Origin: Heteronotia binoei
Taxonomy: Eukaryota
Length of the DNA: 64,000 nucleotides
NCBI RefSeq assembly: GCF_032191835.1
Contig: NC_083235.1
Location: 15,872,001-15,936,000, forward strand
Direction of reading: 5' to 3'
Below, one piece after another: positions 22,699-34,151 of the stretch; within the stretch, counting starts at the first letter, position 1; each line of letters opens with the position of its first letter. The notes under the pieces are model-generated. The model ran no database searches, was not told the DNA's origin, and worked only from the letters and a program-made list of their open reading frames with translations. The translations under genes and the position numbers were made by a program.

Positions 22699-23968
22699 AA
22701 TTAGGGAATGAGAAAAAAGGCTAGGCCAAAAACAAAAACAGAAACAAACCAGTGGGGACATGTTGCCCTAAGCAGGAAGAAAACTGAAAAGGAGAAAGTT
22801 TTCCCCTCCTGGAGACCACAGGAAGCTTTCTTTCTTTCTTTTTTGCTGCCTCTTGCCCAAGTTGAAGGAACCACCCCATAAGTCAAGTTCATCCTCCTCC
22901 TCCATGTGGAAACACAAATCAGCAGATGCAGTTCATGGATCTCCAACATGGTGGTCCAAAAGCATCATGAAGTCACGGCTGATTTATGGTAACCCCACAC
23001 GGTTTGCAAGGCGAGAGACAAACACAGGAGGTTTGCCTTTGCCTGTTTCAGCATAGTAAGCCTTAACTTCCTTGGTGGTCTCCCATCCAAGTACTAACCG
23101 GGAGCAACTCTGCTTAGCTTCTGAGATCTCATGAGAACAGGCTAGCCTAGGTTGTCCAGGTCAGGGCAGCTATAGCATTACAACAGGTAACTTGGTCCTA
23201 ACTTAGGGTTTGCCAGGTCTGTGTTGGAAAATGCCTGGAGACTTTGGGGGTGGATCTGGGAGAGGGCAGGTTTGGGGAGGGGAGGAGCCTCAGCAGGGTC
23301 TAATGCCATACCCTTCAAAGTAGCCATTTTCTCCAGCGGAGTTGCTCTCTGCCACCTGGAGATCAGTTGTAAAACTCTAGGCCTCACTTGGAGGCTGCCA
23401 AGCCTATTTCTAGCTCCATTTCCTGACATTCTTCCCTTTGCTCTGCTTTCTTCTTCCTCCTCTCCCTCTGTAATTTCCATATCTTTCTTTTGTCTAACTG
23501 TAGATTGTAGCTCTATGGGGCAGGGAGCATTGGCTTCTATTATTCCTTATGCATATGTAAAGAATGTATCTTATTTTATTGATACAAAACAATATACATT
23601 CAATAACCAATCAATATACATTCAATTACCAATCCAGTTCACTTCCTTAATTGGCTGCATGACTTTAGACCCAGTAAGTTTGGATGGAACTGACTCCACA
23701 TATGCAGACAAAGCTATTGGCAGGGCTTTTTTTTTTTTGCAGGAACGCACAGGAATGCAGTTCCGACTGGCTTGGCCAGCGCTCTGGCTCAAAAATAATT
23801 CTGGAAGGCAGCCATGGGTTCCTCCTTTACCTGACGTCTCTGTTCGGAGCAGATGTGAAGTGCTGGTGAGGGCGGGAAAAAGGAAGGAAAAGAGTTCTAT
23901 CTCAAGAAAAGCATATTGCTAGTGAATATCTGTGTTGGGATGGGGATGGGGCTGTTGATACATAACAC

Positions 23969-24163
23969 CAGGGCTTTTTTTGTGCAGCACACACAGGAAC
24001 GCAGTTCTGGCTGGCTTGGTGTCAGGGGTGTGACCACATATGCAAATGAGTTCCTGATGGGCCTTCTTCGCAAAAAAGCCCTATACAAAACAATGAAGAT
24101 GTCACGGGAGTGGCCTAATATGCAAATGAGTTCTGCGGGGCTTTTTCTACAAAAGAAGCCCTG
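23969..24163. mobile_element. hAT MITE (CAGGGCTTTTT family)
   Basis: Perfect 8-bp TSD cataacac (23961-23968, 24164-24171). Confidence 0.85.
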
Positions 24164-24509
24164 CATAACACCCATCTGTTCACAAAGTTACTCACCTTAT
24201 TCTATTTGTTTTCTCTACTTCCACTAATCATTAGTGGCAAGCGATGAACATACTTCTGGTGATATCAGGGTTTGTGTGGCCTAATATGCTAATGAGTTCC
24301 TACTGGTCTTTTTCTATTTAAAAAGCCCTGGCTATTGGGATAGAGAGGTCCAGTTCTGCCCTCTCATAGTGCAAAATATGGTGGGAGAGTTGACAGTCAA
24401 CCCAACATGGAGATGGGTGCCAGCAAAACAATCAGCACAAAAATACAGAGAGTTGACAGAGCACTCACTATCATGCTTGCATGACTGAGCAAGCTCTGCT
24501 CTATTGACC

Positions 24510-24790
24510 AGAAGAAGAAGAATTGCAGATTTATACCCCGCCCTTCTCTCTGAATCAGACTCAGAGCGGCTTACAATCTCCAATATCTTCTCCTCCCACA
24601 ACAGACACCCTGTGAGGTGGGTGGGACTGAGAGAGCTCTCCCACAAGCTGCCCTTTCAAAGACAACGCCTATGATATCTATGGCTGACCCAAGGCCATTT
24701 CAGCAGCCGTAAGTGGAGGCGTGGGGAATTCAAACCTGGGTCTCCCAGGTAAGAGTCCACACACTTAACCACTACACCAAACTGGCTCTC
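24510..24790 (-). mobile_element. Squam3-like tRNA-derived SINE (other copies ~29640-29770, 31640-31920, 32195-32470, 43450-43650, 47890-48165, 57433-57716)
   Basis: Head gagagccagtttggtgtagtggttaag with A/B boxes, body cagccccacccacctcacagggtgtctg, (TTC)n tail. Confidence 0.8.
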
Positions 24791-25118
24791 TTAATACCTC
24801 AATAGTGTTTTTCTTTACTTTTGTTATTTTAAAAATTGAATTATCTGTTAATATTATCGGGGTCGAAGCCTTTGCATGTAGAGGATCAGGGAACGTGGTT
24901 AAAGGAGTTTTTGTGCATCAGCGAGTCCTGTGCCAGACTGTCTCTTCTGGGACGTCTTGCCAACCCTTGATCCGTTGGCATGGGGATGAGAGCCAACATG
25001 TCCTTCCTCTGGCCTTCAAAAAACTAAAAACACCATGTGCAACAAATTTTGGTTTTAGTAGTTTTACTTATGTATATTGAGAAAAATTATACAATATAAT
25101 AAATAGTATGTTACAAAA

Positions 25119-25362
25119 GCTGGCTCAAATACTTTGGCCACCCAATGAGAAGGGAGCACTCACTGGAGAAGATCCTGATGCTGGGGAAGACAGAAGGCAA
25201 AAGAAGAAAGGGATGGCAAAAGATGAGATGGCTGGACAGTATTACCGATGTAACTAACACGAATCTGAGCAAACGTTGAAGAATGATAGAAGACAGGATG
25301 GTCTGGTGTGACTTGGTCCACGGGGTTGCAAAGAGTCGGAGTCACCTGTGCGACTGAACAAC
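25119..25362 (+). mobile_element. BovB LINE 3' fragment
   Basis: Same 3' sequence as 2447-2792; 11-bp TSD atgttacaaaa (25108-25118, 25363-25373). Confidence 0.85.
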
Positions 25363-26503
25363 ATGTTACAAAACTACTGTATTTTCTATAAACCATCTAT
25401 GACAAATAGTATCAGTGTTCAATAATTACAGGAACCTTATCCACACTGTAACAATGGAGCGTAAAATAATGATTCTCATATGTGTAGCCAGAGAATATAA
25501 CCCCCTATGTAGTCCCATTTCAAACCAATGTTCTTTATCAAGGGCTTTGTAAATTTGTTAGTCCTTTATCTCTTGTCCCACTGACTCAAGAAGACTGCAT
25601 TGCTGTTGGATCACATTGAACTGTGTTGCTCCATTGTCTAATTTTTATTTATATATTTGATTTGATTTTTAGCCCACCCTTCCCGTAGGACAGCCTCAGG
25701 GCGGGTTACATCATAAAAACAATCAACAGCAAAACCCCCCAAAAAACAATAAAAGACCAATTTAAAATATATAAAATCTAAAACTACAGAGTGACAATAG
25801 AGACTAAAATGGCAGGTTCTGCCTCACAGATGTGGCCTTCCTATTGTCCAGGTCCAGCAGATCTTATAGCACTGGGATGGAATGAAGGGGGGAGGCCGGT
25901 AATGAGTGACATCCATAGCTGAAAGCCTGGCGAAAGAGCTCTGTTTTATAGGCCCTGCCTATAATCTCCTTCAGTATAAGTAAATTAATTTTCTCTGATA
26001 ACTATGGGGTAAACAACTGTAGCACTCATTACATGGCAGAATGCTGTGGCAGAACAGTTTCCCGATAAGCTTCCTCTGGCCTTGGCATGTGCCAGGATTT
26101 TGATTAAATCACAAGTTTTCTTGCTGATTGTGAGTACTTTTGCATAGCTGTGGGCTCATATTAGTTCTTCCATTCATTACTGCTTGCATAAGGTATTTCT
26201 TTTATCTTTGACAGTTAGTTAAAGCAGAAGAATGAGATTTATTGCCTTTAATTAAGATTAACATGTTAAATTTGGCCTTCATGCCATGCCTGAAAAGATA
26301 ATAAGTATATAGCAGAAGTATCTTATCTGACTTAGAACTAGGGTTGCCAGGTCCAATTCAAGAAATATCTGGGGACTCTGGGGTTGGAGCCTGGAGACTT
26401 TGGGGGTGGATCCAGGAGACATTGGGGGTGCAGCCACGAGCAAGGTTGTGACAAGCATAATTGAACTCCAAAGGGAGTTCTGGTCATCACATTGAAAGGG
26501 ACT

Positions 26504-26564
26504 AGATTCAGATGGGCAACCGTGTTGGACTGAAGCAGTAGAACAAAGGTGCTACTTGACTCTG
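26504..26564. mobile_element. 61-bp Penelope-terminus-like micro-insertion
   Basis: 14-bp TSD cattgaaagggact (26490-26503, 26565-26578); insert resembles reptile Penelope termini (gatgggcaaccgtgttgg...agcagtagaacaaa). Confidence 0.5.
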
Positions 26565-26649
26565 CATTGAAAGGGACTGCACACCTTTTAAACATCTTCC
26601 CTCCATTGGAAATAATGAGGGAGAGGGGCACCTTCTTTTGGGGCTCTAG

Positions 26650-27105
26650 AACCAACAGGTTGAAATTAAATCAGAAGAGTTTTTGGCGAAACATTAGGAA
26701 GAACTTCCTGACGGTTAGAGTGGTTCCTCAGTGGAACAGGCTTCCTCAGGAGGTGGTGGGCTCTCCTTCCTTGGAGGTTTTGAAACAGAGGCTAGATGGC
26801 CACCTGACAGCAATGCTGATTCTGTGAACTTAGGCAGATCGTGGGAAGCAGGGCAAGAAGGGTTGCATCAGTGCTTAGTTCTCACGGCTCTTTCATACAT
26901 GTCCAGGGAAATGTTGATCGCTACTTTGGGACCAGACAGCATTTTCCCTCCAGGCCAGCTTTGCCGGGGATCCTGGAGGGATCTTCAGGGCATGGAACGG
27001 GTGTCACTGGGAGTGTTGAGGGGAGGTATTTGTGAATTTCCTGCACTGTTCAGGGGATTGGACTAGATGGCCCTGGAGGTCCCTTCCAACTCTATAATCC
27101 TATGT
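26650..27105 (+). mobile_element. CR1 LINE 3' end
   Basis: ...[38 protein letters not shown]... followed by CR1 3' UTR and ATTCTATG-like tail. Confidence 0.85.
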
Positions 27106-28015
27106 TGTGCTTAGGTATCATGCTAAAGATCAGTGAGAAACGTGTGAATGAATTGGTTTTTAAAAGCTGGTGTACTGTTTGAGGTGCTGTAATAGGTGAT
27201 ATATACAATACTATTGTATATAGTATTTTATATATAGCTTGATAGTTGGTCTTGTTTGCCTGCTTCCCTTAAGCATTCAATCATCCCTGCCTGATCAAAC
27301 CCAGATGGCAAGTGATGATGTAATTAATCCCCTCCCCATGTTCTGGAGATGTTGGCTCTGTTGAAATCCCAGTGGTGCCTCTCCCGAAGGCCCAAGCCTA
27401 ATGTAAGCCTCACAGAGAGCCAGAAACCTATGCCGCATTTCCATCTGCCAGAGAGAGGAACCTTCCCAAGTCCCTCCTTGTCCCAGTTATTGCTGAGGAA
27501 ACAAGAAGATCTCCGTTACATTCTCTCTCTTGTTGATCCACCCATCAATGCTGTCTTTTCCATTCTGTTCATCTCTTCATCATTCTTCTCCGGCACTACG
27601 AGTACTTCTTTCCACTGGGATCTCTCTCTGTCTTGCCACACTGCCTCTTTCGGCTGGGCATTTCACCCCTTCCCGTTCTCCTAGTCACAAAGAAGGCATC
27701 CATCACCATTGATGGGAAAGGAGAAAGCGGCTTTTAGGGCATCTTGTTTGCTGTCACAACATCTCTGTTTCCCGTTCTTAATATTACAAACAGCCCTTAC
27801 GAAAGGGACGTTCACTAGTCTGCCCTCGCGCCTCACACGTCTTCTCACAGTTAGAAGAAGGGAGCTGTCTCCTGAGGTTGATAGAAAGAGACAAGGAAAC
27901 ATCTGCTTCTAAAATCAGTGCTGGGCAACCTGGTAAGTTGTGGATATTGGGAATGAGTTCTATAGATCCATGGATGTGTCAATAGAACAGAGGGTCAAGA
28001 GTCATTGCAGACATT

Positions 28016-28727
28016 GGGCGTTTTCGCACTGACCTTTTACTGGCGCGACCACCCTCCTCACGCCGGCAGATCTGCAGGGATTTCGCACCAGAAGCGCCAG
28101 CGCAGCCAAAAGAGCCGGCTACTTCCGTCGCGAAACCCGCTCAAACGTTGGGCGTTTTCGCACTGACCTTTTACTGGCGCGACCACCCTCCTCACGCCGG
28201 CAGATCTGCAGGGATTTCGCACCAGAAGCGCCAGCGCAGCCAAAAGAGCCGGCTACTTCCGTCGCGAAACCCGCTCAAACGTTGGGCGTTTTCGCACTGA
28301 CCTTTTACTGGCGCGACCACCCTCCTCACGCCGGCGGATCTGCAGGGATTTCGCACCAGAAGCGCCGGCGCAGCCAAAAGAGCCGGCTACTTCCGTCGTG
28401 AAACCCGCTCAAAACGTTTTCCTGCTTCTTGGCGGTTTCCGTTTGAGCGGGTTTCGCGACGGAAGTTGCCGGCTCTTTTGGCTGCGCCGGCGCTTCTGGT
28501 GCGAAATCCCTGCAGATCCGCCGGCGTGAGGAGGGTGGTCGCGCCAGTAAAAGGTCAGTGCGAAATCAGCCGTTTTCCTGCTTCTTGGCGGTTTCCGTTT
28601 GAGCTGGTTTCGGGACGGAAGTTGCCGGCTCTTTTGGCTGCGCCGGCGCTTCTGGTGCGAAATCCCTGCAGATCCGCCGGCGTGAGGAGGGTGGTCGCGC
28701 CAGTAAAAGGTCAGTGTGAAATCAGCC
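28016..28727. repeat. CpG-rich palindromic PIF/Harbinger-like MITE with multiplied arms (3 x 134 bp forward + 2 x 156 bp reverse)
   Basis: Units start at 28016, 28150, 28284; reverse-complement units at 28416 and 28572; termini GGGCGTTTTCGCACTGACC/GGTCAGTG(C/T)GAAATCAGCC; flanking 3-bp ATT (28013-28015, 28728-28730). Confidence 0.85.
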
Positions 28728-28946
28728 ATTGTAAATCTAATGCAAATGGTTGTGCAGGCCTTAATATAAGAAAAACCCTTTTGGAGCACACCAAAGGGGC
28801 CACTGGTTCCACAATCCTGTTTCCAGCTGTGGCATACCAGAATGCTTCACAAGGCATCCATGGTGCTCCACTGAGCACTTCCTGGAAACTGGCATTCAGG
28901 GGGGAACTGCCCCTGAACATGGAAGTTCTTTTTCAGTGTTGTGCTT

Positions 28947-29418
28947 AGAATCATAGAAGGGGCCATACGGTCCAACCTCCTGCTCAATGCAGGATCAGCC
29001 TAGAGCAGGGGTGGCCAACAGTACCTCTCCAGATGTTTTTTGTCTACAACTCCCATCAGCCCCAGCCAGCATGGCTGATGGCTGGGGCTGATGGGAGTTG
29101 TAGGCAAAAAAACATCTGGAGAGCTACCGTTGGCCACCACTAGCCTAGAGCATCCCTCACAAGTGTTTGTCCAGCTGCTGCTGAAAGACTGCCAATAAAG
29201 GGAGCTCACCACCTTCCTAGGCAGCTGGTTCCACGGGTGAACAACTCTTACGGTAAAAAGGTTTTCCCTGATATCCAGCCAGTTTCTTCCTACACTTAAT
29301 TTAAACCCATTATTGTGAGTCCTCTCCTCCGCTGCCAACAGGAACAGCTCCTTGCCATCCTCTAAGTGACAGCCCTTCAGATACTCCAAGAGAGCCATCG
29401 TGTCCCACTTCAACCTCC
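28947..29418 (-). mobile_element. CR1 3' fragment containing a 137-bp palindromic hAT MITE (29006-29142)
   Basis: LEYLKGCHLEDGKELFLLAAEERTHNNGFKL on minus strand; MITE has 8-bp TSD gcctagag (28998-29005, 29143-29150). Confidence 0.8.
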
Positions 29419-29972
29419 GGGGCGTTGATCTTGTTTACTCCTTCTCTCTAAGTATGGTCTGCCCGAAGATCCCTCTTCACCCGAAGTATTAGATGAATCT
29501 TCCCCTTCGGTAGTATCTATTTCTTCATGCCTAGTCCTATCCGCCCATGTGACTCTCTTAAATTTCTTACTGTTTTCCTCTTGAGTAAACCATTTATATA
29601 CATTGGATTGTGAGTAATCCCGTTCATCCCTTTCATTGTGAGAGCCCTCTCAGCCCCACCCACCTCACAGGATGTCTGTTGTGGGGGGAGAAGATATGGG
29701 AGATTGTAAGTCACTCTGAGTCTCTGATTCAGAGAGAAGGGAGGGTATAAATCTGCAGTCATCTTCTTCTTATCTTATGTTGTTATGTGCTGGGCATGCC
29801 ACAATATGTGATATTCTTCAGGGATGGCTTCTACTAGAGTGGCAAATTCCAGAAATTAAATAGTGGTCTTTGTTTTATTTTCATTCAGGCACTTTTATTC
29901 CACTTAATTAAGACTCTGATGGACATGTAAGAAAGGACTTTCCCTCTGTCTCTGCACAGACCTCTTCATGCA

Positions 29973-30908
29973 ATGGAGAAAGAAAACAGGACCATGGTTT
30001 CTGAATTCATACTCCTTAGCATCTCATCCAGGCAGGACTGGAACAGGCTATTATTCCCTTTCTTTTTGACCATGTACGTCGTCATAGTACTGGGAAATCT
30101 CACTATTGTCTTGGCCATAAGGATGGATGGTCAACTCCTCCACATCCCAATGTACTTCTTCCTCAGTAACCTTTCCGTGGTGGACATCTGCTTCACAACA
30201 GCCACTGTGCCCAAACTGTTGGCTAATATGCTCTCTGAAGTGAGGAGGATCTCCTATGGTGGATGTTTGGCCCAGATGTACTTTTTTGTCGCCTTTGGCA
30301 TCACCGACAGCTTCCTCTTGGCATCCATGGCAATGGACCGTTACGTGGCCATCTGTCACCCACTGCACTATGCCACCATGATGAGCAACCAGATCTGCCT
30401 CCTGCTAGTGGCTGCCTCCTGGTTGGTTTCTCACCTCCACTCTCTCCTCCACACCATCCTGATGTCCCGTCTCTCTTTTTGTGCTACCAAGCAAATATCC
30501 CACTTCTTCTGCGATGTCTTCCCGCTGCTGAAGATCTCTTGCTCCAACACACACTTGAATGCTTTGGTGGTGCATACAGAAGGAGCTTTAGTGGTCAACA
30601 GTGCTCTCGTGGTCATTGTCCTCTCCTATGTCCGTATTCTGGTGGTCATCCTGAGGATTCCTTCTGCTAAGGGAAAGCAAAAGGCCTTCTCCACTTGTGG
30701 GTCCCACTTGACGGTGGTAGCCTTATTCTACGGCACCGTCATCTGGGTCTACTTCCAGCCTTCGTCCAGCTTCTCTGCTGAGAAGGACACTCTGGCTGCC
30801 ATTATGTACACTATGGTCACACCTATGCTGAATCCCTTCATCTACACTCTGAGGAATGACAAGATGAAGAAGGCCTTGAGGAGGCTTTTTGGCCAGAAGA
30901 TAAACTAA
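29973..30908 (+). CDS. OR1Q1-like: Olfactory receptor, class II, family 1 (OR1Q-like), intact 311 aa
   Basis: Motifs [49 protein letters not shown]; LLKISCSNTHLNALVVHTEGALVV resembles recalled mammalian OR1Q1; acceptor-like ctctgtctctgcacAG at 29959. Confidence 0.95.
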   Translation: MEKENRTMVSEFILLSISSRQDWNRLLFPFFLTMYVVIVLGNLTIVLAIRMDGQLLHIPMYFFLSNLSVVDICFTTATVPKLLANMLSEVRRISYGGCLAQMYFFVAFGITDSFLLASMAMDRYVAICHPLHYATMMSNQICLLLVAASWLVSHLHSLLHTILMSRLSFCATKQISHFFCDVFPLLKISCSNTHLNALVVHTEGALVVNSALVVIVLSYVRILVVILRIPSAKGKQKAFSTCGSHLTVVALFYGTVIWVYFQPSSSFSAEKDTLAAIMYTMVTPMLNPFIYTLRNDKMKKALRRLFGQKIN

Positions 30909-31265
30909 ACAGCCACTTCAGTGAATGTCAGTTATTCCATTAGTGCGGAAGCGTCTGTGGAGATTTTGTTCTTACTCTGCTGTAAATCTTCTGTGAATCC
31001 TACTTTGTTCGTTGAGATGTGTGAAAATAATCCTATGCCCACATTTCTCCTGATCATGTGAGAACTCTTCTTCAAGCACTGTGAGGCTAGCATTACAGAA
31101 CCTCTTTGTGTGTGGCGGCAGCCATTTTCTTGGGCTCATGGCAACAGCCTGCTTGTGATGAAATGGAGACTCTTACTAAGTTGCATTTTGCAGGTAGAGG
31201 GGGTGGGAATCAATTTCATACCATTTCTATTGTGGTGTTCAGAAGTCCATTCTATGTTTTTTAGC

Positions 31266-31472
31266 AGCAGAAAAGAGCAAGAGCCCAGTGGCACTTTAAA
31301 GACTAACAACATTTGTGGCAGAGGATGAGCTTTCGTGAATCACTGTTCACTTCTTGAAGCATCTGAGGTAGGGAGCCATGACTCACGAAAGCTCCTCTAC
31401 TGAGTCTGAGGTGCTTCTGGACTCTTGCCCTTTCTACCGCTGCAGACAAACATGGCTACTACCTATCTTGAT
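31266..31472. mobile_element. Penelope-like (Neptune-type) inverted terminal remnant with two degenerate hammerhead motifs
   Basis: agaaaagagcaagagcccagtggcac...gagctttcgtgaatcactgttcacttc is inverted against ctgaggtag...gactcacgaaagctc...ctggactcttgccctttct. Confidence 0.65.
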
Positions 31473-34151
31473 CTTTCAGAGGTGGTTTGTCATTGCCTGC
31501 TCTACATTGCAACCTGGTATTCCTTGGTGGTCTCCCACCCAGGGGTGGGATTCTTGCAGGAGCTCCTTTGCATATTAAGCCTCACACCCCTGATGCAGCC
31601 AATCCTCCAAGAGCTTACAAGGCTCTTTTTTGTAAGCTCTTGGAAGAAGAAGATATTGGATTTCTATCCCGCCCTCCACTCCGAAGAGTCTCAGAGTGGC
31701 TCACAATCTCCTTTACCTTCCTCCCCAACAACAGACACCCTGTGAGGTGTGTGGGGCTGGAGAGGGCTCTCACAGCAGCTGCCCTTTCAAGGACAACCTC
31801 TGCCAGAGGTATGGCGGACCCAAGGCCATGCTAGCAGGTGCAAGTGGAGGAGTGGGGAATCAAACCCGGTTCTCCCAGATAAGAGTCCGCACACTTAACC
31901 ATTACACCAAAATGGCTCTTGGAGGATTGGCTACATCAGGGATGTGTGGCCTAATATGCAAAGGAGCTCCTGCTAGAATTCCACCCCTGCTCCCACCCAA
32001 ATACTGACTAGGGCCGACCTTGCTTACCTTCCAAGGTCTGACAAGATCAGGCTAGCCTGGGCTATCCAGGTCAGGGCTTTTTATTTTATGTTATTATTTT
32101 ATTAGCGACAGGATACCAAAATCTTGAGCTCCTGCAAATCAGGTTTTACTTATGGCTTTCTCTACAAGTTGGAACTAGAGTAACTTTGAAGAAGGAGGAG
32201 GAGGAGAAGCTATTGGATTTACATCCTGCCCTCCAGTCCAAATCTCAGAGCGGCTCACAATCTCCTTTATCTTCCTCCCCCACAACAGACATCCTGTGAT
32301 GTATGTGGGGCTGAGAGAGCTCTTAAAGGAGCTGCTTTTTCAAGGACAACTCTGCGAGAGTTATGGCTGACCCAAGGCCATTCCAGCAGTTGCAACTGGA
32401 GGAGTGAGGAATCAATCCCAGTTCTCCCGGATAAGAGTCAACACACTTAACCACTACACCAAACTGGCTCTTAGCTCTGATCCTTATACTGGTGAGCCTC
32501 ATTCTTCTTTCTCCTTTCTGTATGTTGTTTTTCTAAATAAATTTATTTTGTTGTCAAAGACCCGCAGCATGTTTCTTGGTAACTACAGCTGCTTACCCCT
32601 ATCCAGTTGGCCTGAGGTTCAGAAGATGATGTTGTAAAACTTGACTCTGCAGTGTTTATGCTATGGGGTCTTACAGCGTTCTCTTCTGTCCCTGCATGCA
32701 TTTCAATCTCTACATGAAAGCAGACATCATCTGGAGATGTGGAGTGTCGTGAGAATTTTGGATTGGGGTCCTAAAAACCGTATGCTTATGCTCTATGTAC
32801 TATGAATGTATTAGACCAACTTTAAGTGAACCAAACTCCCAAAATGCTTTTCGGCTATCTGACCTCTCAGAGACTGCAGCTGCCAAAAGTTGTGTGTAAT
32901 TATCTGTTCCCAGGAAAAGATAAGGAAAGACACCTAAGGGTAACAAAACAGTTACATTGAGACATCCCTCGGAAATGCAAGAATTTAATGGATTTATGTT
33001 ACCAAATGGCCTGAACCTGTAAACATGCAAACAACTGAAGGTATGGAAACAAGTGTCTTGTCGGGATGGACCTGTTGTTACCAAAGCAAGCAATGGGCAT
33101 CAGAATTTACAGTATAGCTAAGATAGAAGGACTGCTGTATAAGTGTTTTGTTGAATTAGCTGGGCAACAGAGGGCTGCCCACCCTGAAATTCTGTTCTGT
33201 GTTAAAGGTTAACTTTATTTCCAAATAAAGTTTACATTGTTGTGTGAGTTTAGCATTGCTTGTTTCACTTCTAGCTAGCCTTAGATCAAGCCCACCCCCC
33301 ACCACCACCACCCCTGGGCCACACACCAGTACCGGTCCATGGCTGTTCAGCAACCGGGCCACACAGGAGGTGAGCAGCAGGTGAGCAGCACGGCCGGATC
33401 TAGGAGTGGGGAATCTACACCAACCGGATGACTGCCTGACTGAAGAGCCTTGCTTGGCTCCCCCCCCCCCCCGCCCCTGCTTTCCAGGAGTCAGGCAGGT
33501 GCTGGAACCTCTGGCTGCCAGGAGGAGGCATTGGGACTACTCAACTTGGTGGGCTGCTGCTGTGGTGTGTGCTGCCCTGTGTGCATGCAAGGAGGACGCT
33601 TAGGGGCAGGGGCAGCAGTGTGACTGCGCAGAGAGCGTGAGGGTGGTGCCTCTGTGCCTGCCCCCTTCCTCTCTTACAGAGTGCTGCTTGCTTCCTTCCT
33701 ACTCCTTCAGGCAGGCTTCATGCTCTGTGTCCTCCCCTAACCTTTTCCGCAGCTGCCCCTAGCTGGTGGAATGAGTTGCCGGACAACGTTAGGGCTCTGT
33801 GAGAGCTCTTACAGTTCCGCCGGGCCTGTAAAACAGCACTCTTCCACAGTGCTTTTCCATAATGACAACTTCTCCAGCAACGGACTAGGCCCATACGCCA
33901 GACTAGGCCCATACGTCACTCTGGACTTCCCACCACACTATGGCAATTTGGGGTCCCTTTGGAACATCTAATACTGACCATCCAGTTTTGCTGCTGCCAT
34001 CGGAATTTAACTGCTTCATGAACCATTGTATTAGCACCTATTGTTATGCTGTTTTATAACTGATGTTTTAAAATCGTTTTATGTTTCATGCTTTAATGGT
34101 GTTTTATCCTGTTGGTCATTTTTCGACCCCAACCTGTAAGCCGCCCTGAGC

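Noticed and set aside
23221-23922. 233-aa ORF (also 985-1557, 254-634, 28466-28948 and most other short ORFs)
   Set aside because: They cross unrelated repeat fragments and low-complexity DNA and show no recognisable domain.
28016-28727. CRISPR-like or coding tandem array (repeated MAALALLVRNP... ORFs)
   Set aside because: No unique spacers; units are 134/156 bp arms of a palindromic MITE in a vertebrate genome; the ORFs are by-products of GC-rich repeats.
32746-33300. Possible third solo LTR (TGTCGTGAG start, AATAAA at ~33224)
   Set aside because: LTR-like in character, but no matching inverted CA terminus or TSD could be found.
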